Positions 35,396-47,883 of a DNA stretch of 64,000 nucleotides are shown here, one piece after another. The stretch is from contig NC_087437.1 in the NCBI RefSeq assembly GCF_036321535.1, positions 116,562,001 to 116,626,000 of the forward strand, given 5' to 3'. Within the stretch, counting starts at the first letter, position 1. The number at the start of each line of letters is the position of its first letter. The DNA comes from Camelus dromedarius. Lineage: Eukaryota. A model generated the notes under the pieces. That model made no database searches and was not told the origin of the DNA. It saw nothing but the letters and a program-made list of their open reading frames with translations. Made by a program: the position numbers and the translations under genes.

Positions 35396-36271
35396 AGAGT
35401 TAGGGTTCTAAATGTAGCTTCCCTGGGTCCCCCTCTCCCCACCACCATCACCATCCCATTCCCTGACTTCTGCCATCGATCATAAGTGAACCTGAAAGGA
35501 CAGAGGTGTATATTCTCTTGGGAGAGCCCTCAACCCACCCCCCAAAGCCTTACCATTACCTTTTATCATCAGCTGCAAAGTCAGTTGTATGTGTTCTTTA
35601 CCTTTCTAGACACACTGATTCCATGCCACACTCTTATTTTCTGAAGCCCTTTTTCAATCGACGTCAGATGTAGTGTAAGTCTTCAGGATACACAGCAGTT
35701 CTTAATAACACGTGGTGACCACAAACTGCTCCATAAAATTGCATAAGGCGTAATTCCTATCAAATTGCATAATGCACACAATGAGTTGATGTGAAACACA
35801 TTGTACATCTGTCAGTGAGCTCTGGTGACAAAGGTTATACAAAATGGATCGGGAGGCTGTATTTGTGTTTTTTTAATGGAATTACATAGAGCACATCAAG
35901 AGATTTGCTGCAGCTTTTCTGGTGATTATACTTAGGCAATTTGCTTGTGAGCGTCACGTACATACCGTGACACTAATTCTAATGAACAATTTTGTCATGT
36001 ACGTTTTCATCAGTGCGATCGCTCACGAGTGTGAAAAATAGTTGCCTTTTTAGAAAACTGTGACAAATTCTTCTGAGGATTTTTTTGGGTTGATAAAGGC
36101 ATTGGAGTAACAATGCATTGATGCAAAGAAAATCAGTATCTTAATGAAATTCTTTTGTATCCTAGAAGAGTGAAGTATTATTTTATGATTATGGATGATC
36201 TGATATCATTTTAATGGGTGAAAAGTCTATTTCAGATAAAATGCACAGACAATTGGCGCGGAACACATGAG

Positions 36272-36382
36272 AACAGGAATCCAGCCCTTATCAGCCTTGT
36301 GACCTTGGGCAAGTCAGTTTCTTGATTGAAGCCTAAATTTTTTCATCTGTTAACCGAGGCTACTGGAGTGGATGACCTCAGA
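36272..36382 (+). mobile_element. MIR/MIR3 fragment
   Basis: 'tgtgaccttgggcaagtcagtttcttgattgaagcctaaatttttcatctgttaa'. Confidence 0.65.
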
Positions 36383-36629
36383 CAAATTTGCTGAACACAG
36401 GACCTCCCAGGGAAGAATTTGGGTTATTCATCTCTATGTCCCTGATTTTTGGCATTGTGACTTTCTGATTGGCTAATTGAGGGCACCGATTAGAAATCAC
36501 ACTCCTCTTCAGTAAGCCCTAAGCTCACACTTCTTGCTTCTCTTCTGTGAACCCACGCAGTGAATACTCTAGAAATGCGTTTCCTTGCCTTTGAGTGCCG
36601 TCGGGAGTGGAGAACTGAGCTGCCTCCAC

Positions 36630-36790
36630 CTCAAACTTGCCAGGCAGCTTCTAAAATAGCGCCGTCATCTGGGCCCCACCTCAGACCAAGTGAATCCGAA
36701 CCTTGGGGGACAGGAGGACCGTGGCACTGATGCAGATATTTGAAACTCTCCTGGTAGTTGGCATGGACCTCCGGGGTTGACCGTCACAGC
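36630..36790. mobile_element. MER5A-like MITE
   Basis: 'ctgggccccacctcagaccaagtgaatccgaaccttggggg'. Confidence 0.5.
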
Positions 36791-38442
36791 TGCTGAAATT
36801 ACAGTCATTAAATGAAGAATGAAGTCCAGAGTCTCCGTCTAATGAGATCATTCTGGAAAATGTGCTTGAAAGATGAACTCTGTCCCCTAAAACCGTGGCC
36901 CGGCCAGACTGCCCTCTCTCTGTGTTTCCTGTCACTTTTCACCCAGTCACGTAATCCTGGGACCCTGGGCTTTCTTCCTCATTCTGCCCCCTTTTCCTGG
37001 AATGCCCTTCCCACCTTCACGTGGTCTACTGTTCACGAAGCTCTGACAGGTGTGGTTATCATCCAGGTGGCTTTCGGTCACCTTATGCAGTAATGACGAG
37101 GCCTGAGACGCTCCAAGTTCAGAGGGCTCCAAAGTGAGTCAAGGTTCAAAGCCAGATCTTGGGAGTCGTCCCTGTGTGGCCATCTTCCCACCCGTTCTCA
37201 TTCAGAGCCTCCTTCCAGGACGCTCCGTGCCCACCCTGAGCCTCAGTTAATTCCTGCCCCCAGCAGGCCCTCCCAGCCCTGGCACAGCACAGGCTCTTGT
37301 AACTGCGTCGTCCACGCGCTGGGAGTCGATCAGAATTACTCAGTAAGAACTGGCCTTTGACGCTTGGCCGTCACTTGGCCCATAACTAAGCGGTCACTGT
37401 GGGCCATATGGACTCACGGAAGCTCCCATAGACACCCACTCCGTCTGTGCCCAGGGCCCAGGCCTCTCACTGGAGGTTTTATGACCTCTGGCCACAGGGG
37501 CTGTCTCCTGCCCGCCCCTCCACCCCCTGGCACTATACCAAGCACCATCTTGCCAAAAAGCCTTCACCACGTCACACCTGAGCCGGCTTCAGCAACCTTC
37601 GGGAGCACGTCTTGCCCATTGGGTGGATTCCAGATGCATCTCTAGGTGGCACCAGGTGAGAATTTGGAAATCATGAGCACGCCTTGCAGAGGGCAAGCTC
37701 TTCACCCCCATATCTACCTACCCTCATGGAGGGGGAGGGGGATTCGGATTTGTTGCAGAGGAAACTGAAGGTGGGAGATTCTGACGCGCAAGTAGGATTA
37801 CAGAGCAGACAAGAGCTCCCTTCTCAAAGACCCTCCACACTCCTGGCCCTGCACAGGCCCGGGGCACCCAGCTGGGGGCGTCCTCCCACGGTGTCAGAGA
37901 AGACAGTCCGCTTTGCCATCAGGATTGCACGGGGGCGTTTGGATCCAGGAGAGGAGGGCAGTACAAAGCCCACTGCTTCCGAGGTCCACGGGCTGGTGCG
38001 AGATGGAGGGAGCAGTTGTGAAGAAGGACGTCTGAGCCCCTGTCGCCTTCTCCTGCTTCTGCACGGAGACACAGGGAGGTGGGGCCAGCAGCGGAGAAGA
38101 GGGCTTCTTGCATCCCATCCCTGACAAGGAGCCTGCCTGGAAGAGATGGAGGGGCCCCCACATGCACCCCCTGGGCCGTGGGTTCTGAGTCGGGCTCCCT
38201 AGGTCCTGCTGTGGTGAGGGAAGGCCGCTGTCAGTGCTGGAAGTCCACTTCTGGGCTCGTAGGATGGGTGGAGGGTGCGACTAAGCCCCAGAGGTGCCCC
38301 AAAGGGGCCTGGACAGCGTGTTCCACCAGCCACAGGCTTCAGTCACCAGGTTGCCAGCAGGGTGAGTGGCAACCAGGAGAATGAGGGACCTTACCCTGAA
38401 ACCTGACGACGTGGCATCTGAGAACCTCAGCTCTTCCAGGAG

Positions 38443-38800
38443 ACAGCGCTACTCCAGGGGTGGTCCCTGGATGGGTACCAGTCTGAGAAATCCGTTACTG
38501 TCACCTAAGTCCAGACACTGAGAGTGACCATGTGAAAACTTCTATAGCAACCCGACAGAGTAATTTTGTGTCTGCTCCATCTAAGTAGGATAATTTGAGC
38601 TTGGATTTTATCTGTCTTTTTTCATTTCATGTTTCCTAGGAACTTACTTTTCTTATATTTTACCAAATATCCATTAATAGCACATTGGAAAATTGTTAAA
38701 CGAAATAAAATGAAACTGATGTTTGCCCGTGGAGAATGTGAGAGATGCCACCATGGAACACCCCAGGCCCACACGCCTGGACACCATTTGGGGAAGACCA
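38443..38800. mobile_element. Charlie4-like hAT element
   Basis: Starts 'cagcgctactccaggggtggtcc' and contains 'aaacttctatagcaacccgacagagtaattttgtgtctg'. Confidence 0.6.
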
Positions 38801-39299
38801 GGGAGGCCTAACCCTGCTGAAGGAAACTGCTTAACTTGTTGGGCCAGACTAGGAGTTCTAAACTAGACCGGCTCATAAAACAAATATTTTTCCTGCTAAC
38901 CAGCAGGTGGGGCAGAGGAGGAAGCTCAGAGTCACGAAAGAAATCACCTCTCTCTGAGCACGTCAGCTGTGCTGTGCATTATTTGTGACTCCCTGTCCTA
39001 GGTGTTTGGGTCTCCCACAATTTGGGTCCATGTTTTCCTTCGGGCTTTGTGCCCATCACTTTCTTACACAAGGCTCTCGTCTACCCAGGGTCCTCCCCAA
39101 CCTTTCTGCCTCTGCACAGCCTACCATTTTCATTTCTGTAGCACCGAGCACAGCACTCCAAATGTCTGTGGGTTCACGGGCCTTTAGCATCACGTCCCAG
39201 ATCGCACGGAGCACTCGCTGTGACTTAACTCACCTCCTGGTGCTACTTGTGAGCAGTGCAGTCAGCGCCCTGCCCTGGACCCCACCGGCCCCTCTGAGC

Positions 39300-39750
39300 T
39301 CACCTGCAGGGTGGTGGACCATTTCTTCACCTGCCCTCAGTTTCTGTCCAAGTATCTCTGGATGCTCTGAGAAACCTTCTCTGGGGCCCCCAGAGCTCAC
39401 TCGGCCCTTGTGCGAGGCAGCCCAGGAGTGCCGGGAATGCACAAAGGTCCAGTGCTCAAGCGTGAGGGATGGCAGGTGATGGACCAGTGTCCCAGCTCAA
39501 AGACATAGAGACACAGGGGACTGGGCCCCTATGGCCCCTGGCCCAGTAACCAACCCCAATCACGTTTTATTCTCTTCGTTGGTTTGCCCCTCAATGGAAA
39601 TCAATTTTCATTGGGTGGGGTGGTGGCAAACCAATGCCTGGTCCCCCTTCCCCACTCTCTCACTCTTCCCTGCTGGGACCACTTCCCAGATAAACTGCTT
39701 GAACCCAAACCGTTGTCTCAAGTCTGCTTTTGATGGGAACATACAAATCA
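39300..39750 (+). mobile_element. ERVL LTR16-like remnant
   Basis: 3' end reads 'gggaccacttcccagataaactgcttgaacccaaaccgttgtctcaagtctgcttttg'. Confidence 0.55.
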
Positions 39751-40439
39751 CCTTCACAAGGATTGTCTGTGGTCTGTGTGCACCCTGACCCTCACCCTGC
39801 CAGCATCTGGTGCAGAACGGACTGTGGACCAGGGCCCAGGAGGCATGGCTGGCACTAGACTTTAGAACCCAGAATGAGCTAGAAGGCCACCTCTGGACAA
39901 TGGGACCTTGAGAGATTCAGGGCCCTCGTCCTCTTGCAGCCTGACGGTTGAGGCAGCTGGTGACAACAAATGTGGCTGCTCTGTTACTTGTGGTTTAAAA
40001 GTGCCCCAGCGTTCCCTGCCATCCAGGAGAGCCTCACCCTTCCAAGCGTCACCACCGAGGCAAACAGCACAACCCTCTCCCCTCACAGAAGGAAGTCCCG
40101 GGAAGTCAGGGTAAGACACAGCTGGTGTCCCGTGCGTCGCCCATGGGTGACCGGGACTGCGTGGCCAATGGTGTCGGAGAAAGCACGCCCTACCCGGCAC
40201 AAAGCACCACACACGGGGCCACACGGACCCACTGGTACTGAGAACATGGGTGCACATCTGTCCGCCAACGTCAGCAAGAACAGGGAAGGAAGCGTCGCAC
40301 GGGGCCGTGGTGGGCACATCCCACACCGCCCCTCACGCTGGCCGGGCTGCGTTGGGCCCGCTCCAGCTCACACGCCCTTCCGTCATGGAACTCAGCACGG
40401 GATGCTGGTTGCGCCTGTCTCTGCCTCCTGCCAGCCTGT

Positions 40440-40545
40440 GCGATTCTTGGCGGTTGGTTTCATCCTATTTATCTTAGTACTCTCAGAGCCTGGCACATGG
40501 GAGGTATTGAATAAATGTTTTTTAAGTTGGGTTGAAAGGAATTAA
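40440..40545 (+). mobile_element. L2 3' tail
   Basis: 'cagagcctggcacatgggaggtattgaataaatgtttt'. Confidence 0.65.
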
Positions 40546-43500
40546 ATTATATCTGCTTTGGCTTGGATTAAAATACACTGGAGCTAAGAACAAAGCATAA
40601 TGTAGTTTGTGTGTTCAATAGATACAGAGATACATAGACAGATAACAGACAACAGATAGAATATGTGTTTATGTGTAAACACATGCACATTCTCTTCCAA
40701 ATGGGTCTGAGTTGGAAGAAACCAATTCCATGAATCACTCAGGTCCAGAGTTTTGTTCGTTGATAGTGAGGTTTAGCAGATGATTCCCAAATCATCATCG
40801 TGGAAAGACAGCCCCGGAGCCGAGGGCCTCCCAGCCCAGGTCCAAAGAAGAGAAAATGGGAACCTTTTCTCTGAAGCGTTCAGTTCTCAAGAGTGGTTTT
40901 CCTTGTGCGTACTGTTTCAGGGCCCGCAAACCAGAGCCAAATTGCTAATGAACAGGCAGTCCCGGCTGTCCATTGACTCTTGGCAATTAAGATTAAAGTT
41001 ACATAGTTTTTGTGTCAAACCCTCGCAGCCCCCTGAATAAGCAGCTCTCCCTGCCCCCGCCCTCCCCGCCTCGTTTCCCACCGCCTCTGCGGCTGCCCTG
41101 CCGGGGCGCAGCCCCTCGGGTCCAGCACAGCCCCGGCGGCCCCCCAGTCCCACCGCGGGCCGCATCGCCCCAGGCCAGCCCTGGAGCGGCCCACTTCTGT
41201 CGGGTTAGCTGTCTGTTTCTATAAGGTCTATCCCCAAAGTAGCTACATTCTCTCACTACTAAAGTCACTGGGATTTTTTTTTTTTAACAATCCTTGGAAA
41301 GAATCCCAGTTTAAGAAGGAATGAAACTTAACATTCAGCCAAATACAACTTTTGAATAATTTAAATGAGAGCTACTTAAGTCTTCTGAAAACAACTCCAA
41401 CCCTGTGTTCTCCAATGTGAATAGGGAAAAAAAAAAAACAAAAAAAACCCCACCAACGTGCAGAATCTGAGCCTACGCAGAGGACACGTTTTGCACCATG
41501 GGCTGTTGTTCCCGTTTTGGCCAACGTGTTCCCAAGACTGGCTCTGCGAGGGCTCCCCCCACTCCTGCATGTGTGGCGAGCTGGGCCACGGGTTTCGCTG
41601 TGGAGAGATCTCTAAGTTCTGCTGCAGTTAAATCCATCATCAGATTTTCCCGGGTTTTCATTTCTCCTCATTTTATCCCCGTCAGGGTCTGAGCTAGAGC
41701 CAGGAGCCAGGTTCCTCAGCCTCTGTTTGGCCAGAAATGTTCTCTCACTTCCAGAAGAATCTGTGGTGGTTATCTGACATGTACAGACAGAGTAGCACAT
41801 GGAGATATTTTCCAAAGAAATATAAAGCTTAATCTAACCACTGCAGAGAAATCTCCTTTCTCCCAGGGCTGTGAGCACAGCGCTATATAAACACCAAACA
41901 AGACGACTTGCTTCCCACTCACTTGGGATGCTCCAGACACACGTAAAGGAGAAATTCCAGAGATTGATCCTCAGCCTCCACAGCATATGCTGTCCCATAC
42001 CTGGTGCAACGAAGGGCACAAAGACAGAGAACTAGCCATCGCAGTTTCCCCGAGCTCACATCTTTGTAAGGAAGTTAAGGTCCCTACACAAGAATCTATG
42101 AAAGGAATATGCAAGATAAGGGCTATAGATGTCGAGCAGAGTTCTATTACAGAGTTTAACTGCAGGCGAAATCATTGCTGACATGGGGAACCAAGGTGGG
42201 CTTCCTGTAAGAGGTTCAAACTGGGCTTTCCTGCCTTTGTGCTTTCTTCATTCGACTGGAAGTGGGTCAGGCGCCAGCTACAGAAGCACACATCCATGTA
42301 TGCATTCAGCACGCACACAGTGAGCACCTACTCTATGCCTCATGCCAGGCACTGTGGATGAAGGTGAGTTCCTGGAGGAGCTCACCATCTCCCGGGGGAG
42401 AGAGGCGGGGGAATGCGTCCTTGCAGAGGGCTGCGGTAAGTGAGAGAAACTGGCTCGGTTCACCAGATTCACTCCGGAGAGCCCAGATGCAATACGGATC
42501 AGATAATAAAGACCTCATTCATTCAGCAGAGTCACTTGATTTTAAGCAGATGTAAACAATACCTGTCTAGGAAGCCGTATTTACATGCCCAAGCAAAATG
42601 CAGCAAGGCAGACTCCCATTGACACAGACATGATGAATAAAATCACCATGCGAATAAGCAGGATTCAAAGCAGATAAATCTCGCAAGACAAATTTCACAG
42701 ATTAAAGTTAAACCCTGCTTTACAGACAGAGTATTATGCTAATCGGATAAAATCCAAACATATACATTTAAATTGGGAATAACAGAGTAAAAAATACGTG
42801 ACACAATTTATTTGGCACATATTTGGGTTTCTGCTGTGTTTCTCAATTCAAGAGTTGGGAATTCAACCCGAATTCTGTAACGGATGCGTGACCTTGAGTG
42901 TCTACCGTAGGAGGCTAGCAAAGCCTCCTGAAGAGTTTAGGATGTTTTTAAGGAGACAGTCAGTGCTGGGCTCTGACTGACACTATTAAGAAAACTGGGT
43001 ACAAATTCAAAAGTGAAATCACGCCGCGGGGCCTTCCCAGACCATCACTTCTCAGCTGTCAGGACGCTTGGCCTTTTCACCGAGGTGGTGGACTTTTCAA
43101 AACTGAGTCAGTTCTCTCTCTTTTTCTAGTTCTCAAATTCTGGGAAACACTATTAAATGCAGAAATTAAAAAAAATATATTGTTGGATCATTTGTTTCAG
43201 CTTTGAAACAGTTAAGATATAGTTGATTTTCTACAACTCACATAGTGCTAATGTATAAAATAGATTTTTAAAAAATTGCTGGCAAGTTAACTGCTTCTGA
43301 AGAATTGAGAATTCTACCCAAGTTCTATAATATGAGGATGATGGTGTATATGGTATTTTTAGTAAAAGACTAGCCATTGCCCCTGAAGAGCTTATGACAC
43401 AAACTACAGCTAGGTTCTCAGGCTTTAAACCTCTAGTTAACAGACCCATGGGTACCAGTTTGTGGGGTTTATCTTAAAATAGACTAGAGAGGGAGACAGG

Positions 43501-44969
43501 AAAAAGAAAAATGTGAACGCATTTGAATTTTCTTATCGTTTACTTATTTGAAGATCATTTTCGTGCTGCGTGTTCACTACTTCTGTTCTGCTTTGATTCA
43601 GTGACAACTGAAACCCATCTTCAACTTTCCAAGAAAATGACATTTTATTTTTGATACCCCACAAACAGCACTATTTTATTCATCCTTTTCTTTAAAAATT
43701 ACTTTTCTATATTATTATCTTCGTTTGTTAATCGCAGACGGAAGCATCTTGTTAAGTGGAAGAAAATGAGCTTCATCGCCATAGAAACTGCGGAAGTTTT
43801 GGATGAGATTAAACAAGGCAGCTTTAAACAACCAAAAAGTGAATTTACCCCTGCCCTTGCTGGCCAGATCACACAGACCTCCAACCACCTGTATCTTCTT
43901 TCTAGCATCTCATCTGATTAAATAAATTCAGTTGTAAAAATGTTTCCTTAAGTCTAAGTTAAAAAAAAAAAAAAGGCTTTTTACCGTCTCCCCCAAGAGC
44001 AGGAGGTATAAAAATTCTCACAATTAATAAAGGGCATTTGTGTCATTAGAATGTCTCCATTTTCTCCTATTAAGTCTCCATGTTTTAACCTGAGTTGTCA
44101 GCCCACTCACCAAGATGTGCCCCTGGTAACAGTATGACATGATTTTTTCACTCCCCCAAAGCCGTGTTCCTAAGACAATGCACATTTCAGCTGCCCTGTC
44201 AATAACAGTGTTGTTTAAAAACTCGAGAGGCAGCTCCCTCTGCCTCCCTTCTTACCCAGCCCTCCCCTGACTCCGAACTGAACCACACCTCTCTAGAAAT
44301 ACTCGCTTTCTTAATGAAAACCATATTTGAGGGGGGAAAAAAAAGGTTTGCATGACCTGCTGAAACGCCTGGACAATCTTTAATGTCAGCTTCAGACGAC
44401 ACGTGTCTTATGAAAGTCTGGGGCCCTGCTTGTCTGGCAGAGCGAGCTCTGTCCCACATCTTTATGAGAAAGAGGGACAAAACTTCTGTTTTTGGCATTT
44501 TATATTGGAGTCTGTTTTAAGCGAGGAGGAAAAAAAGGAGCAACGTAGAGTCTAGACAGAAGAGATGGGGGTGAAATCTGGAAGCCATTCACCCGGCGAG
44601 GGCAGCGGCAGCCGTCGGCAGCCGGGATCGCCTTACACTGCCTAATTACACATGAAAAATGTACACATCGTTTCTCTCAACTGCTCGGAAAAATAGATGC
44701 TCAGATGGCGCTTTGGACTGTGGCAACTGAGCCAGCCATATATTCTGGACGTCGGATGCCTTACTCCCTGCATTTTGCAATATGATTTTTTGTTTTTAGG
44801 GAAAAAAATCCCTCCAAAAAAAAAAAGATTTCGTGTGTTCTAAATTTGGCAAATGGTCACATTCGATGAAGAATATTTAGATGTTAAGTAGGTTATATGT
44901 GGGATGAAATTAGACACACTTCTATTGTAAAGACTTGCTCAATAGTAAGATTAAGGGTCTGCTGTCCAA

Positions 44970-45059
44970 GGACAGGGGAATAGCTCAGTGGTAGAGCACA
45001 TGCCTAGCATGCATAGGGTCCTGAGTTCAATCCCCAGTACCTACATTAAAAAAAAAAAA
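44970..45059 (+). mobile_element. tRNA-derived SINE (camelid vic-1-like)
   Basis: Reads ggggaatagctcagtggtagagcacatgcctagcatgcatagggtcctgagttcaatccccagtacc plus poly-A. Confidence 0.9.
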
Positions 45060-45336
45060 GACTCTGTGATCTGGAGGCTTATTTTAGGATCTAATGTATG
45101 GTTTGAGTTGATTCCTTGTTACAATAATAACTTTTAAGTCTTTAACTTGGCCTGCTCATGCAGTCACAGCCTTCTTGCTGGGCATGGTTCTACATTTTAT
45201 GCAGGATAATGATTCTTTAAGAATCCTTTAATAGAGTGTCTTTTCCCCAAGACTTCAAAGCATTTTTCAGACATTGACACTTGGTCACATAATATTCCCG
45301 GGACCTAAGGAGATGCGGCCGTAGCCAGGGACCGAG

Positions 45337-45350
45337 TCGGCAGAGGGCGC
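45337..45350 (+). promoter_or_regulatory. Candidate CTCF site
   Basis: TCGGCAGAGGGCGC has one mismatch to CCRSYAGRKGGCRS and sits in a small CpG cluster. Confidence 0.5.
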
Positions 45351-45436
45351 TGCGTGCGGGCGCGGATGCTGTGAAGTCTCTTCACTTGGAGAAATGAAAG
45401 GGGGCGGGGAAGAAATTTAGACTCTGTCCTTAACTA

Positions 45437-45437
<1 letters not shown>

Positions 45438-45487
<50 letters not shown>

Positions 45488-45600
45488 CAAGAGACAGACA
45501 GAGACTGAGATAGAGACACAGAGAGATAGACAGAGACAGTGGGACAGAGACAGAAACAGACACAGAGAGAGAAAGAGAGAAACAGAGGAAGAGAGGGAAA
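45438..45600 (+). repeat. (TG)n microsatellite followed by a GA-rich repeat
   Basis: Read directly. Confidence 0.95.
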
Positions 45601-47340
45601 AAAAGGCCTTGTTTATAAAATAAGAAATGACATAAGTTTTAGTGACTCGCCCACATTCTCCCAGTGGCATTTATGATTGAGACCAAAGTAAAGTCACCCC
45701 CACCATCTCCTTCATCTTCTCCAGGCTTCAGTAAGGAAGCTCAACAGAGGAGAGTTAACTCAGGAACGTAATAGGACGTGTGAACTGCCAACATGCAGAA
45801 CTTGTTTTGACTCTTTCTACAATTTTTTCCTGCCTACCCATATCCTTTCTGCAAACCTTGGCTTTCGACCTAGAAACCCATTCAACGCTACAGATTAATA
45901 CTTGGTTTGAAGCTGATAGGAAAACTTCATCTGTCTTTATGAATTTAGGGTTTGCCCCTAATTGGAAGGCTCTGGTGAGATTAGGGATTTGGGTGCCAAG
46001 GAGTGGCAGCTGGTTTTGAAACTGCTTCCATGAAGGTGTCCTCACCTTTTCAGCCAGGTAAGGGAAAGGCTCATGAGTCTTCCTTTATGGCAGCATCGAA
46101 TCCTGGAAGGGTAAGAGGAGCCACATGGTGTTCAGTGGGAAGAGATGGGGCTGGAATGGAAGGAGGGTTGGAGAGAAGGAACAGAAGAGCTGACAGAGGC
46201 CTGTGAAGGGGGAGGATTTAGTCTCCTCCTGCCAAGGCCTAGGGTCGCCGTTGGCCCTGGTCCCAGGCCTTCCCTGGAACAAGATTGAGTGGGAGGGGCC
46301 CAGGCTCCTGGTGTGGAGGAGGCCTTCCCACCCCGCTGCCAAGGTTCCATCTTCCTCCTCAGTGGGAACCTCGACATCATAGACGAGAACCCTGTCCTTT
46401 GTCGGCCATGGAGCCCCTTGTCTCTCAGGTGACACCTGTGGACTTCCTCTGGAGAAATGTTTCTAGATCCATAAAATAGGACACATAGGATCAAAAAGCA
46501 AATCAAAGATACGGATACCAGATACCAAAATGTTACCAAAGCAAATATGCAATCTACATGCTGCTTTATTCACCCACTAAATAAAATGATCTGTTGGTGC
46601 ATCTAATGGTTATCATATCAGTGTCATGAGGAGCAAAAATCAAGGTTGCGGCAACAACTGTAGTGTGTGGTGACAATAGGTGTGAATGGTGTTGGTGACA
46701 AAATCACATGCACTGCTCATAATAATGGGGAGAGGGTACCTCATGCATGCATCACGAAAATGCTAAATGTCAGTGAGGCAGTAGTGAAAATGGGGATTTT
46801 TTTCTCTCATCCAAGTTCACCAACTCGAGTTTACTAACCGAAGCCTTAGTGAGCAGAGCTCTTCTAAACATCCCTTGAGCAATAGCCCCACTCTGGCTCC
46901 CCACCAGGAGGGGGCAGCAGAGGGTCACACATCCACAGCATGTCCTCCCAGAATCCCAAGAAGACACCCCCAGGGGTGGCGGCCTTCTCACCGCACTTGG
47001 CCTCAGTCTGGGAAAAGCAAAGCATCACTTGATGTTCTCAGCTAGTCCCCCGCCTCCAAACACTATTTTCTTTAACTTGTCATGGCCCATGCTTTCACCC
47101 ACTAGTGTGTTCACTCGGCACTGACTTTGTGTTGTCCACGCTGGGAGGTGGGGGCAATTGAGAAAACAAACCTTAGCTCTTGTGGAGCGTGCATTCAACG
47201 TCGGGGGGAGGGGGAAACGGGCCACAAAGCAATAAACACGTGCAGAGGTGCCTGGCAAACCGGAGGCAAGACAAAGGCAGTGAGGGGGCAGCAAGGCCAC
47301 GGAGGGGCAGAGATCAGGGAAGGCCTTGGATAAAGCAACT

Positions 47341-47883
47341 TTTTTATTGAAATCAGTCACTTTCCAATGTTATGTTAATTACTCATGCACAGCATAGTGA
47401 TTCATTTATACATATATATATATATACATATATATTCCTTTTCATATTCTTTTTCATCATAGGCCATTACAAGATATTGAATGTAGTTTCCTGTGCTAAA
47501 CAGGAGGACCTTGTTGTTTGTCTATTTTATGTACAGTAGTTAGCAGCTGCAAATCCCAAACTCCCAGTTTATCCCTCCCCACCCTTTTCCCCCCACCGGT
47601 AACCATAAGTTTGTTTTCTATGTCTGAGAGTCTGTCTCTATTCTGTAAATAAGTTCATTTGTGTCCTTTTTTTTTTTTCAGTTTCCACATATAAGTGATA
47701 TCATATAGTATTTTTTCTCTTTCTGGCTTACTTCACTTAGAATGACGATCTGGAAATCCTTTCATGTTACTGCAAATGGCACTACTTTATTCTTTTTATG
47801 GCTGCATAGTATTCCCCCCAAAGACACACATATATCTGTCACAACTTCTTTATCCAGTCATCTGTCAATGGACATTTAGGCTG
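47341..47883 (-). mobile_element. Cetartiodactyl L1 3' end
   Basis: Runs 'tttttattgaaatcagtc' to 'tttatccagtcatctgtcaatggacatttaggctg'; homologous to the L1 copies at 6340 and 16814. Confidence 0.9.

Noticed and set aside
37684..40545. Several 146-191-aa ORFs in the GC-rich upstream region
   Set aside because: Low-information peptides that partly overlap LTR16 and L2 remnants, consistent with chance in GC-rich DNA.
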